Source of the DNA: a virus
Virus record (IMG/VR): IMGVR_UViG_3300031669_000108
Coordinates: 1 to 37,256 of that record
Length of the DNA stretch: 37,256 nt
Reading direction: 5' to 3' (one strand)
Shown: positions 15,478 to 24,443 of the stretch, piece after piece
Layout: the number at the start of each line of letters is the position of its first letter
Numbering within the stretch: position 1 is the stretch's first letter
The notes under the pieces: generated by a model
Told to the model about the DNA's origin: nothing
Seen by the model: only the letters and a program-made list of their open reading frames with translations
The model's database searches: none
Position numbers and translations under genes: made by a program

Positions 15478-18400
15478 AATAGATGTAGAAGAAAAAGATA
15501 CTTTAGCTAGTGCTGGTATAAATGTTGGAGAAACTACTACTACTTATGAACCTGATTCTTTTGAAAGGATTAAAGAAAAATTAAAACCTATACCTAGAGT
15601 TGATATAAAATCAAATGGAGCTAGTGTATCTGTTTATGATCCTAAAAACAAAATGACAGTAAATACAAATCTATCTGATGTAAATGCTATAAGATTTATG
15701 GAAGATGTCGGATTAAAAAGTAAATCAAGAGCAGATTATTTTGGAATGCAACCTATCTATGAAAAAGAAGATTTTTCAACAATGAGTAAGTCTTTTGCTA
15801 GAAGTGGTATTGAAATGACACAAACTCTAGCACAGCATTTTAATAGAGAGTTATTAAAAAGAGAACACTTAGATAAAGAAGGATTACAAAAAGCTATTGA
15901 TTCAGGAGATATTAAAACCGGAGAAGAGTGGGCTAAAGCTAGAAAAGACTTTATTAACTATGATGAAGTAGAAAGACAAATGAATATTATTAAAGATAAT
16001 AACAATTCTTTTATAAAAAGATTAGGTCTTGAAGCAACAGGTAATGAAGGTTTTATGAGTGATCTATTCTCAGGAGGAGCAAGTATTGTTGGAGCAATAG
16101 GATTAACTTATGCAACAAAAAATCCTTTAGCTGTAGGAACTGCTTTTGGATTAGTGCAAAAAGAAAGCACAATTACAGAGATGTTGTCTAATAACATTGA
16201 TTATCAAACAGCTGAGAAATATTCAAGTATAGCAGGTATTGTTGAAGGTGGATTAGAATCAGTTGGATTACATCTGTTATTTAAAGGTTTTAAAGGCAAT
16301 ACTGTTATTAAAAGAGTTGTAAATGGTTTTATTGTGGAGAGTATTCAAGAGGGTTCACAAACAGCATCAGAAGAAATTATAATGCAAACAGTAGGAGGAA
16401 GAGAAAAAGAGTTTTTAGCTACTTTAGGAGATATTGGTTATTCTGCATTAATAGGTGGTATATTAGGTGGTGGGATATCTTCTTTAGCTATAAACTCATC
16501 AAAAAAATTACAAAAAGAATTTGGACTAACAAAAGAGCAGGCTGATGAATTAACAAATAAAATAGTAGAAAAATCTTTAAGCAATCAAGAAGTTATTGAT
16601 GAAGCTAGTAATATATTAAAAAGAGAATCTTCTAATTTAACTTATAAAGATGGAGATTTTAATAAAAGTATTCAACACTTTAAAGAAACAATAGAAGGCA
16701 ATCAAAAGAGGTTTGAAGAAGGTCAGGATATCAGGGATATGGTTGAGAAAGATTTATCAACCTCTGATTATGCAAAAGAATTAACTTCACAAGCTAAAGC
16801 TGATATGACAGAGTTATTAGTTAATCAAGCTCAGATGTTTGCTGAGTCAGGTAATAGAATTGGTGTTTCTCCTAGAGAGTTTTACGAAGCAAATATGGCA
16901 ACTGATGTTAGAGAAGGGGTTATCGAAGGTGTAACCTTTGATGAAGAAGCTGGAGTAATGAAAGATGCTGATGGGAATGAGTTGTTTCAACTCCCTGATA
17001 ATGCTTATAGTGAAAAAGGACAAGTTAAAACAGAATCTCCAGAGTTTAAAAACTGGTTCGGAGATAGTGTTATTCGAAATGGGGCACATAAGCCCACACC
17101 TGTTTATCACGGAACAAGGTCTTCTTTTGATGAGTTTAAAAAACAAAATGTTAATTATGCTGCGTATTCTAAAAACTTTTACTTTACAAAAAATATAAAT
17201 AGAGCAAAAGATTTTGGAGACACTGTTATGGAGGTTTATTTAAAGGCAGAACACCCAATAAACACCAAGCGTTCAGTTTCTAAAGAGCAGGTTGATGTCG
17301 CTAATATAGCATTAGAAGATAATGGTTATGATACCATAACTGGAGAACAAGGCAGTGGAACATACACTACTGGGGAAAACTTCTTAAATGATTTAGGTGT
17401 AATGACAGAGCAAGATTATGACTTTGTTTTGAAAGCTATGGGATATGATTCAATTATAGCAGATGAGGAGATAGTTGTTTTCGACCCTACACAAATAAAA
17501 TCAGTAGATAACACAGGAACATTTGACCCACAAGATGCTAATATATTTTATCAAGGAGAAAAAGCCCCTACTGGTAAATACAATCCAGTATCAAGAATAA
17601 TTACAATGCTATTCGACTCTAATGTAACAACTCCTTTCCATGAAAGGTTAGGACATCATACTCTCGAACAAATGAGAGTTATGAATGATTTATATATTGA
17701 AAAGACTGGGGATAACTGGGAAGTATGGAATGATTTAGAAAGCTGGGTTGGTAAAGTTGCTCCAAGTGGTTTAACAAAAAAACAACATGAGAAATTTGCC
17801 GATGGTTATATAAAATTCCTAAAAGAAGGGAAAGCTCCTACTGGTAGATTAAAAGCTGTATTTGTTAGAATGTCAGAGTTATTTAAAGACATATATAATA
17901 AGGCTCTTAACAATAATATTGAATTAAATGAAAGTGCAAGAACACTTTACAAAACTATTCTAACAAGTCCTTATGCTAACTCTGTTGAATATTACCAACA
18001 ACTAAGTGATGATGTTGCTAAAGCTTCTAAGGACATAAGAGAGGGTAAATATAAAGATGTTTCTCCTGATAAACTTGCTGAATTAAATGAGTTAATAGAA
18101 CAGGCTAATATAAAAATTCCGAAAGAACCACAGGACTTTATTCAATATGTTCGTGAAAGAGGTGGAATAAACTTAAATACTGCTAAATTACTTGATTTAA
18201 CAAAATTAGGAGAGTTTGATAAAGCTGTTGGTTATAAAGGATTATTCAAGTCAACTTCTAAAAATAATGAAAATGACTTAACTGAAATGATGTCGGAATT
18301 TACAGGACAAGATGCTTATGAAGTAGAATCTACTGAAGCAGTTGATTTCTTTATAGAAGCTCTTGATGAGCCTGTTTATCGCCCTGAAGATTTAGAAGTA

Positions 18401-21046
18401 ATTAAAGCAATAGAAGATATAAATAGAAACAGAGAGATTATACTTGATACTCTTGGAGAAACAAAAGAACTTAAAAAAGAACTTAAAAGAGCTAAGAAAT
18501 ATCAAGACATAGGATTTACTGAGGTTGCTAGTGCTGAATTAGTAAGTAAAATGGTTGAAATAGATAAATTAAGAAAAGATAAAAGGCTTGATTCTCTGAC
18601 TAGAGAAGAAATAAAAGCAATGCAAAAAGAGATTACAAATTTAATTAAAGCTTTACCTATTAGTAAAGAAGGTCAATCTCAATTCTTAACAACTATTAAA
18701 AATGTAAATACTCCAATTCAATTTAGAAATGCTTATAAGAATATTCTTAATAGAGCAACTAACATATATGGTAAAGAAATAAGAAATAAAACTGCTGAAG
18801 CTATTGACAAGAAAATAAAACAGATGTCTGAAAATGTTGTTAGTGGAGTTAGAAAAGGTAAATATGATTATAATACAAATAAAACATTTGCTGATTTAAA
18901 AAGATATAACTCTATGAATAAAGAAGATGCTTTTAAAGAATGGGAGAAACTTAAAAAATCAGGAGAAACTGCAAGTTATATAAGAACAAGATTTTTAACA
19001 ATGAAAGTTTTAGGTAAAAAAGATGGTTCTGTTGAATTGTTTAAAAAAGTATATAGTGATTTATTAGCTTTAGAAAAACAAGGGAAAGAAAAAACACATC
19101 TAAAAGACTTTATTGAAAAAGAGCAAGAAATATCTGATATTGAAAAAGTTAAAGGAATAATTAAAGGAGTTAAGCCTGCTAGTAAGTTAGCTATAACATT
19201 TGATTTAGCTATGGGTAATTTCAAAAGTTTATTAAATTCTTTAGGAGGACAAAAACTTTCTAAGATGAATCTTATAAGATCACAGAAAAACGAAGAAGTA
19301 TCAAGATTTGCTAAAATAGAAGAATTAAACTCTATTGTAAGAAATGCTTATGACATAAAGCATAATGAAGTTCCGTTTAAAATGTCTGAAAATTCTCATG
19401 ATAACGAATATAAATTATTTTATAAAGATAAAACTCTTGGAGAGGTTAATTTAACTAAATCTAATATAATAAGTGTTTATAATTTAATTAAGAACCCTAA
19501 GATAAAAGAAGATTATTATAATACCTTTGGAGAGCTACAAGTTGATAGTTTAATAAACAATTTAACATCTGAAGATAAAGCTTTTGGAGATGGATTAACT
19601 GAGTTCTTTGAAGAATATTATACTGAAATGAATGAAATATTTATAGAGTTAAATGGTGTTGATTTAGGAAAGCCGGAGAATTACTTCCCTAGCTCATCAG
19701 AACATCAAACTTATGATGATATATTTAACGATTATGTGGGACAATCAAATATTCCTAGTAGCTTTAAATCAAAAGTAAAAGGAACAGTTATACCTAATCC
19801 TAAGATAGATTCTTATGGAATAGTTGTTAAGTATATAAGTCAAGCAGAAAGAATTAAAAATGTATCAAGAGAACAACAAAGATTATTAAAGATATTTAAA
19901 GATTTAGGCATTAAAAATATTATAACTAATTTATATGGAGCTAAGGTTTATCAGAATTTAATTAAGAAGTTAAATAGTTATGGTCTTGAAGGAATAGCAA
20001 AAGAACACGATTCTATTACTGGTTTTTTTAATAGGCTGTTAGCTAATTGGACTGGTGCTAAGGTTGGTTTAAATCCTTCTGTTGCATCAAAGCAGTTAAT
20101 ATCTATATTAAATTTTTCAAATGGAGTTAATAAAAAGACTTTTAGTAAGTATTTAGTTGAAGGTATGAAGACTCCTAAGAAAACTTGGAAGTTTATGCAC
20201 GAAGGTTCAGAATACATAGGAGTTAGAGAAAAACGAGGTGGTTCAGATATGATAACTCGTATGATATCTAATGCCGAACAAGACATAAATAAAATAGATA
20301 GAAAATTACAAAAATTAGGATATAATGAAATTACAGTTAAAAACTTTATTTCCTGGACTCAAAGAAAAGGAGATATAACTCCATTTATCTTTGGTGGTTA
20401 TGCTAAAGTTAAATATTTTATGAGTGAAGAAGGTGGAAGCTTAAGTAAAAAAGAAGCCTTTGAGAAAATGGAAGATGAAGGATTAGAAACACAACAATCA
20501 GGTTTATCTTCTATGCAATCGGATTTACAAAATAGAGGTGGTTATTTAAAAACTTTAACACAGTTTAAAAACGCTCAACATCAATATTATGCAATAATGA
20601 AAAATGCTACTCAAGATTATTTAAGAGGAGAGATTTCTAAAGAAAGATTAGCTGAGATATATATAATTTATGGAGTTGTTAATCCTGCTATATTCGGAGC
20701 AATAGCTTATGGTTTTGGATCAGGTCTAAAACATCTTGGTGGAGATGATGATGATGATAATATTTTAAAAGAAATGGGTCGTGCTATGGCTACTCAAGTT
20801 GCTGGAGGAGTTCCTTTGTTTGGTAAAGTATGGGAAGAAGCAATAAGAGGAATGACAAAAGGTTATACTTTTGGAGGTGGAACACCAGTAATAAGTGATA
20901 TATTAGGAGCAATGCAAGGATACGGTAATAATTTTGATGTTGATGTTGCTGAGGTAATAGAAGTTCTTATAGAAGGTGGGGTTGGAGTTCCAATTCAAAC
21001 ACCAATAAGATATAGTAAGAAAATAGGAAAAATAATAACACAATGA
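15461..21046 (+). CDS. Giant internal core / ejection protein (gp16 position), polyvalent with an ART-like module
   Basis: 1,861 aa. Gly-rich hydrophobic segments (nt ~16060-16500 and ~20660-20730) and an internal ART-PolyVal-like module. Confidence 0.6.
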   Translation: MTEQNKIDVEEKDTLASAGINVGETTTTYEPDSFERIKEKLKPIPRVDIKSNGASVSVYDPKNKMTVNTNLSDVNAIRFMEDVGLKSKSRADYFGMQPIYEKEDFSTMSKSFARSGIEMTQTLAQHFNRELLKREHLDKEGLQKAIDSGDIKTGEEWAKARKDFINYDEVERQMNIIKDNNNSFIKRLGLEATGNEGFMSDLFSGGASIVGAIGLTYATKNPLAVGTAFGLVQKESTITEMLSNNIDYQTAEKYSSIAGIVEGGLESVGLHLLFKGFKGNTVIKRVVNGFIVESIQEGSQTASEEIIMQTVGGREKEFLATLGDIGYSALIGGILGGGISSLAINSSKKLQKEFGLTKEQADELTNKIVEKSLSNQEVIDEASNILKRESSNLTYKDGDFNKSIQHFKETIEGNQKRFEEGQDIRDMVEKDLSTSDYAKELTSQAKADMTELLVNQAQMFAESGNRIGVSPREFYEANMATDVREGVIEGVTFDEEAGVMKDADGNELFQLPDNAYSEKGQVKTESPEFKNWFGDSVIRNGAHKPTPVYHGTRSSFDEFKKQNVNYAAYSKNFYFTKNINRAKDFGDTVMEVYLKAEHPINTKRSVSKEQVDVANIALEDNGYDTITGEQGSGTYTTGENFLNDLGVMTEQDYDFVLKAMGYDSIIADEEIVVFDPTQIKSVDNTGTFDPQDANIFYQGEKAPTGKYNPVSRIITMLFDSNVTTPFHERLGHHTLEQMRVMNDLYIEKTGDNWEVWNDLESWVGKVAPSGLTKKQHEKFADGYIKFLKEGKAPTGRLKAVFVRMSELFKDIYNKALNNNIELNESARTLYKTILTSPYANSVEYYQQLSDDVAKASKDIREGKYKDVSPDKLAELNELIEQANIKIPKEPQDFIQYVRERGGINLNTAKLLDLTKLGEFDKAVGYKGLFKSTSKNNENDLTEMMSEFTGQDAYEVESTEAVDFFIEALDEPVYRPEDLEVIKAIEDINRNREIILDTLGETKELKKELKRAKKYQDIGFTEVASAELVSKMVEIDKLRKDKRLDSLTREEIKAMQKEITNLIKALPISKEGQSQFLTTIKNVNTPIQFRNAYKNILNRATNIYGKEIRNKTAEAIDKKIKQMSENVVSGVRKGKYDYNTNKTFADLKRYNSMNKEDAFKEWEKLKKSGETASYIRTRFLTMKVLGKKDGSVELFKKVYSDLLALEKQGKEKTHLKDFIEKEQEISDIEKVKGIIKGVKPASKLAITFDLAMGNFKSLLNSLGGQKLSKMNLIRSQKNEEVSRFAKIEELNSIVRNAYDIKHNEVPFKMSENSHDNEYKLFYKDKTLGEVNLTKSNIISVYNLIKNPKIKEDYYNTFGELQVDSLINNLTSEDKAFGDGLTEFFEEYYTEMNEIFIELNGVDLGKPENYFPSSSEHQTYDDIFNDYVGQSNIPSSFKSKVKGTVIPNPKIDSYGIVVKYISQAERIKNVSREQQRLLKIFKDLGIKNIITNLYGAKVYQNLIKKLNSYGLEGIAKEHDSITGFFNRLLANWTGAKVGLNPSVASKQLISILNFSNGVNKKTFSKYLVEGMKTPKKTWKFMHEGSEYIGVREKRGGSDMITRMISNAEQDINKIDRKLQKLGYNEITVKNFISWTQRKGDITPFIFGGYAKVKYFMSEEGGSLSKKEAFEKMEDEGLETQQSGLSSMQSDLQNRGGYLKTLTQFKNAQHQYYAIMKNATQDYLRGEISKERLAEIYIIYGVVNPAIFGAIAYGFGSGLKHLGGDDDDDNILKEMGRAMATQVAGGVPLFGKVWEEAIRGMTKGYTFGGGTPVISDILGAMQGYGNNFDVDVAEVIEVLIEGGVGVPIQTPIRYSKKIGKIITQ
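17035..17560 (+). other. ART-PolyVal-like ADP-ribosyltransferase domain within CDS 15461-21046
   Basis: SPEFKNWFGDSVIRNGAHKPTPVYHGTRSSFDEF...NFYFTKNINRAKDFGDTVMEVYL...IVVFDPTQIKSVDNTGTFDPQDANIFYQ. Recognised from memory of the family consensus and not HMM-verified. Confidence 0.6.
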
Positions 21047-21066
21047 TAGCAGAAGGTAAAAATAAA

Positions 21067-21095
21067 TTGACAATGATTAAAATAAATTCTAGTAT
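21067..21095 (+). promoter_or_regulatory. sigma70-type promoter TTGACA-17 nt-TAGTAT
   Basis: TTGACA 21067-21072 and TAGTAT 21090-21095, upstream of the tail fibre gene. Confidence 0.55.
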
Positions 21096-21113
21096 AAAGA
21101 AAAGGAGAACATT

Positions 21114-23774
21114 ATGTTTATAAGAGAAAATTTAGGAACAGACACAGGACAATCAGGACAAGCATTTTCAATGTTTACCTACAAAACAGATGATAGCAAA
21201 GAAACTGTTTTGACTGATAATTACTTTAATGATGTATATAACTCATTTAGAGCAGGTGATTATGTGTTTGTTAGTGGTTTAGAAGGAACATATTACATAA
21301 AATGTTCTAGTATAAATTCAGGAACTAAAACAATAAGCTTTGAGGAAGACTCTTTATTAAGTAGTGCTTTTAACTATATAGACTTTCTAACTAATTTAGA
21401 TAATCCTGATTATAAAGAAGGAAGATTATTTTATGACAGTTCTTTAAAAACTTTATCTCATTATACAGATATAGAAAATATTGGTCCTTTAACAATAAAC
21501 AGAGAGTTAGTATCTAGGGGAACTAATATTACAGGGAATGTAATCACAAAAGGAACAGTTTGTATAGCTGGTCCACTTGCACTGGACAACATTGGTGCAT
21601 TACATATATCAGCTATTCCTGAAAAAGCAAATACTATTAAAAATGCACAAAGCTTATATGGGTTAGCTATGCATGATATTCCTGATGGAGAGAGTGGAAT
21701 TTTTGCAATTACATCATCTATATCAGGTGTTGATACTTCTGCTTGGGAAAATGGAGATTTACTATACTGGAGTTGTTCTGATATTGGAGAACTTACTAAT
21801 GTTAAACCAAAAGCCCCAGATTATGCAATTAGAGTTGGTGGTGTTATTTCAAAAGATGCCGTTAATGGTGTAATAGTTGTTGCCATATCTACTTATGACA
21901 ATTCTGATACTGGAGTTAACTTAGAAGGTGCATTAAATGGAATATGCACTCAGAAACAAAAAGTTGAATTTGTTGTTGATGGAGGTGTAGTATATGCTGA
22001 TGTTAGTAATTTAAATAATCCAACAGAAAATTTACCTTTTATTATAGATGGTAAAAGATATTTACTTAATACTACTACAGGTTCAGGAGTTGGTGGTTCT
22101 TCAAGAATTGCTTTAGTTTCAGCTCCTATAAATGAAGTTCAACAAAATTATATATATATAGAAAATCCTTCTAGCCCTGCTTTAAATGTTTCTTCTACAG
22201 AACCTACTGGAGATGTGGTAATATTAGGTAGGGCTCAATTAAAAACATTAGCAGAAACAGATGCTGATGGTGTATTATCTTGGCAAAGATATAATAATTC
22301 AGTAGAGGAATCATCAGGAGATGGTATTATAAGAGCTTTAATGGATAAAATAAGAAGTTTAGGAGCAAGTTATATATCTGGAGTAGATCCAACAATAACT
22401 ATTACTACTAATCCATTAGCAGTAGATTCAATAAAACTAGAAACAACATCTGGTATAGTTTCACAAGCTCGTAAAGATGTTTTTGATGCTTTAGATGGAA
22501 CTTCTTACTATATAGTAAACCACCCTACAGAGCCATTTAAAAAGATTTCAAACTTAAATGAGATTGATATTGATGCTAACGGAGATTCTTTATTTCTTAA
22601 TGGTATTAGATATGGATTAAATATTATTTACGGACAAAATTCAAATGGAGATGGAGGAGCTTCTGATAGAGCTTATGTTTTATTACCTAATGGTAGTTAT
22701 AATTCTGATATAGGGTGTATAAATGATATAAACAATTTTGCAAATACAAGTATGCCTAATAATTTTTCAGATAATTCATTTAGAACATTTAGGTTATGTT
22801 TTGGTTATACTAATGCAGATAATGGAACTATAACAAATATAATTGGTGTTAATTCATATCAAGATGAAAGAGGGTTTTCTCTTGGAGGAGGAGGAGGAGG
22901 AGGAGGTTCTTCTTCTATAGTTAATTTCTCCGATGGTGTATTTACTTGGTTTAATTCGGTAGATCCAACAAAAGTAGTTAAAGTTGATGTAAGTGGAGTT
23001 TCTACTGGAACTATAAGAAATTTAATATTCCCTGATAAAGATGGAACAATAGCATTATTAAGCGATGTAAAATTACCTAAAGGCTACATAAATGGTGGTG
23101 TTATAAGTAATAATGTAGGTGTGCCTTTAAAAACAATAGACATAACAGATTGTTTAGCTCGTTCTAGTGATGATACACAAGATTTAATTGTTAGTTCAGG
23201 AAGTTTAAATATAGATACAGCAGGAGATTGGGCTAGTGGCTCTGTTCCTACTTTAACAAATGCTAGTATATTTGTATGGGCTGATTATAATTCAGGAACT
23301 CAGAGATTTATATTAGATGATGCAACAGGTTCAAATATAGCAGGGGCAAAAAGAAGAACAGGTGCTTTTATTACTGATGCTAGTGGGGATATAATAGGAT
23401 TTACATCATTTGAATTAACAGGTGGAGCTGTTAGATATAAATATAAAAACCATATATTAGACTTATCAACAACTACTATTTCTACTGGTTCAAGAACAGC
23501 ACAGGCTTTGTCTGTTCCTCCTAATACTAAGGCAGAGATAAATACAAGATTTATCCACAATCCTACATCTAATTTAATTATTACAGAAGAAGGAGAAAAC
23601 GATTCTGCTCCTACAGATGGTAATTATACTCATAGATGTGTTAGCAATCAACCATCTATAATAGTATCTAATTATAATGTTAATAATAACAGTCAGATAT
23701 ACTATAGGGGAGATATAGCTAGTCTTACAGGTATATTTACGATTCAAACACTAGGATATAAGGAGAATAGATAA
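21114..23774 (+). CDS. Tail fibre / tail spike (receptor-binding protein)
   Basis: 886 aa, after the core proteins. Ser/Thr/Asn/Gly-rich with an internal poly-Gly linker. Confidence 0.6.
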   Translation: MFIRENLGTDTGQSGQAFSMFTYKTDDSKETVLTDNYFNDVYNSFRAGDYVFVSGLEGTYYIKCSSINSGTKTISFEEDSLLSSAFNYIDFLTNLDNPDYKEGRLFYDSSLKTLSHYTDIENIGPLTINRELVSRGTNITGNVITKGTVCIAGPLALDNIGALHISAIPEKANTIKNAQSLYGLAMHDIPDGESGIFAITSSISGVDTSAWENGDLLYWSCSDIGELTNVKPKAPDYAIRVGGVISKDAVNGVIVVAISTYDNSDTGVNLEGALNGICTQKQKVEFVVDGGVVYADVSNLNNPTENLPFIIDGKRYLLNTTTGSGVGGSSRIALVSAPINEVQQNYIYIENPSSPALNVSSTEPTGDVVILGRAQLKTLAETDADGVLSWQRYNNSVEESSGDGIIRALMDKIRSLGASYISGVDPTITITTNPLAVDSIKLETTSGIVSQARKDVFDALDGTSYYIVNHPTEPFKKISNLNEIDIDANGDSLFLNGIRYGLNIIYGQNSNGDGGASDRAYVLLPNGSYNSDIGCINDINNFANTSMPNNFSDNSFRTFRLCFGYTNADNGTITNIIGVNSYQDERGFSLGGGGGGGGSSSIVNFSDGVFTWFNSVDPTKVVKVDVSGVSTGTIRNLIFPDKDGTIALLSDVKLPKGYINGGVISNNVGVPLKTIDITDCLARSSDDTQDLIVSSGSLNIDTAGDWASGSVPTLTNASIFVWADYNSGTQRFILDDATGSNIAGAKRRTGAFITDASGDIIGFTSFELTGGAVRYKYKNHILDLSTTTISTGSRTAQALSVPPNTKAEINTRFIHNPTSNLIITEEGENDSAPTDGNYTHRCVSNQPSIIVSNYNVNNNSQIYYRGDIASLTGIFTIQTLGYKENR
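22884..22904 (+). repeat. (GGA)7 trinucleotide repeat encoding a poly-Gly linker
   Basis: ggaggaggaggaggaggagga then ggt, in frame with the fibre ORF. Confidence 0.9.
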
Positions 23775-24325
23775 TGACATATATAAGAACAGAAAACGGA
23801 TTAGAGAAATTTACAGAAGAAGAAGCTACAGCTTATGAAAATGGCTATCTAATTTATGAAAATAGAGAATGGACTATTGATACAACTTGTCCTGAATACT
23901 TAACTTGCAAAAGAAATGAAAAACTAGCAGAGCTTAAAGTAAAAATGCAAGAGTATCAAGACACTTATATTAAGTTTAATAATAGTAGGTCAGATTATTA
24001 TATTAAATCAACTGATAAAACAAAAAGTAATATTTTACAAAAATACAACTTAATAAAAGAAAATGTTGTTGGTGGTTATTGGTATGCTGATGGTGTTTAT
24101 ATTGAAGGTATAGCAACTTCACAAGCTACTAAAATAAATTTAGATTATCAACCTTTGCTTGATTTATTTATAGCTATTGGAGAATACTTTGAAACTATGA
24201 TAGATGCTTATTTAGATTGTAAATTAGAGATAAATTCAGCAACTACACCAGCAGAATTAGAAGTTATTGATTTAGATAGTATTAACTGGGGAAGTAATGA
24301 TATAGGAGCATTTGACAATGTATAA
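23774..24325 (+). CDS. Hypothetical protein downstream of the fibre gene (possible fibre accessory or assembly factor)
   Basis: 183 aa. ATGA-type overlap with the fibre stop. Assigned by position only. Confidence 0.35.
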   Translation: MTYIRTENGLEKFTEEEATAYENGYLIYENREWTIDTTCPEYLTCKRNEKLAELKVKMQEYQDTYIKFNNSRSDYYIKSTDKTKSNILQKYNLIKENVVGGYWYADGVYIEGIATSQATKINLDYQPLLDLFIAIGEYFETMIDAYLDCKLEINSATTPAELEVIDLDSINWGSNDIGAFDNV

Positions 24326-24443
24326 ACTAAAAGAAAAAACAAAAGATAAAAAGAAAGATAAAAAGAAATATAAGAAAAATGTTTATAAATTAGCTAACAG
24401 AACTAGCAATAAAATGAGAGGTCTTATTTATGGAGAAGGCTAA
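24318..24443 (+). CDS. Possible lysine-rich peptide (41 aa)
   Basis: MYKLKEKTKDKKKDKKKYKKNVYKLANRTSNKMRGLIYGEG. Contains the 12-bp x2 tandem aaagataaaaag (24342-24365) and overlaps both neighbouring genes. Confidence 0.25.
   Translation: MYKLKEKTKDKKKDKKKYKKNVYKLANRTSNKMRGLIYGEG

Noticed and set aside
17638-17660. FHERLGHH in the giant protein considered as a zincin HExxH metalloprotease motif
   Set aside because: The spacing is HExxxH (H-E-R-L-G-H), not HExxH. I treat it only as the HE.GH stretch commonly seen next to ART-PolyVal modules, with no protease call.
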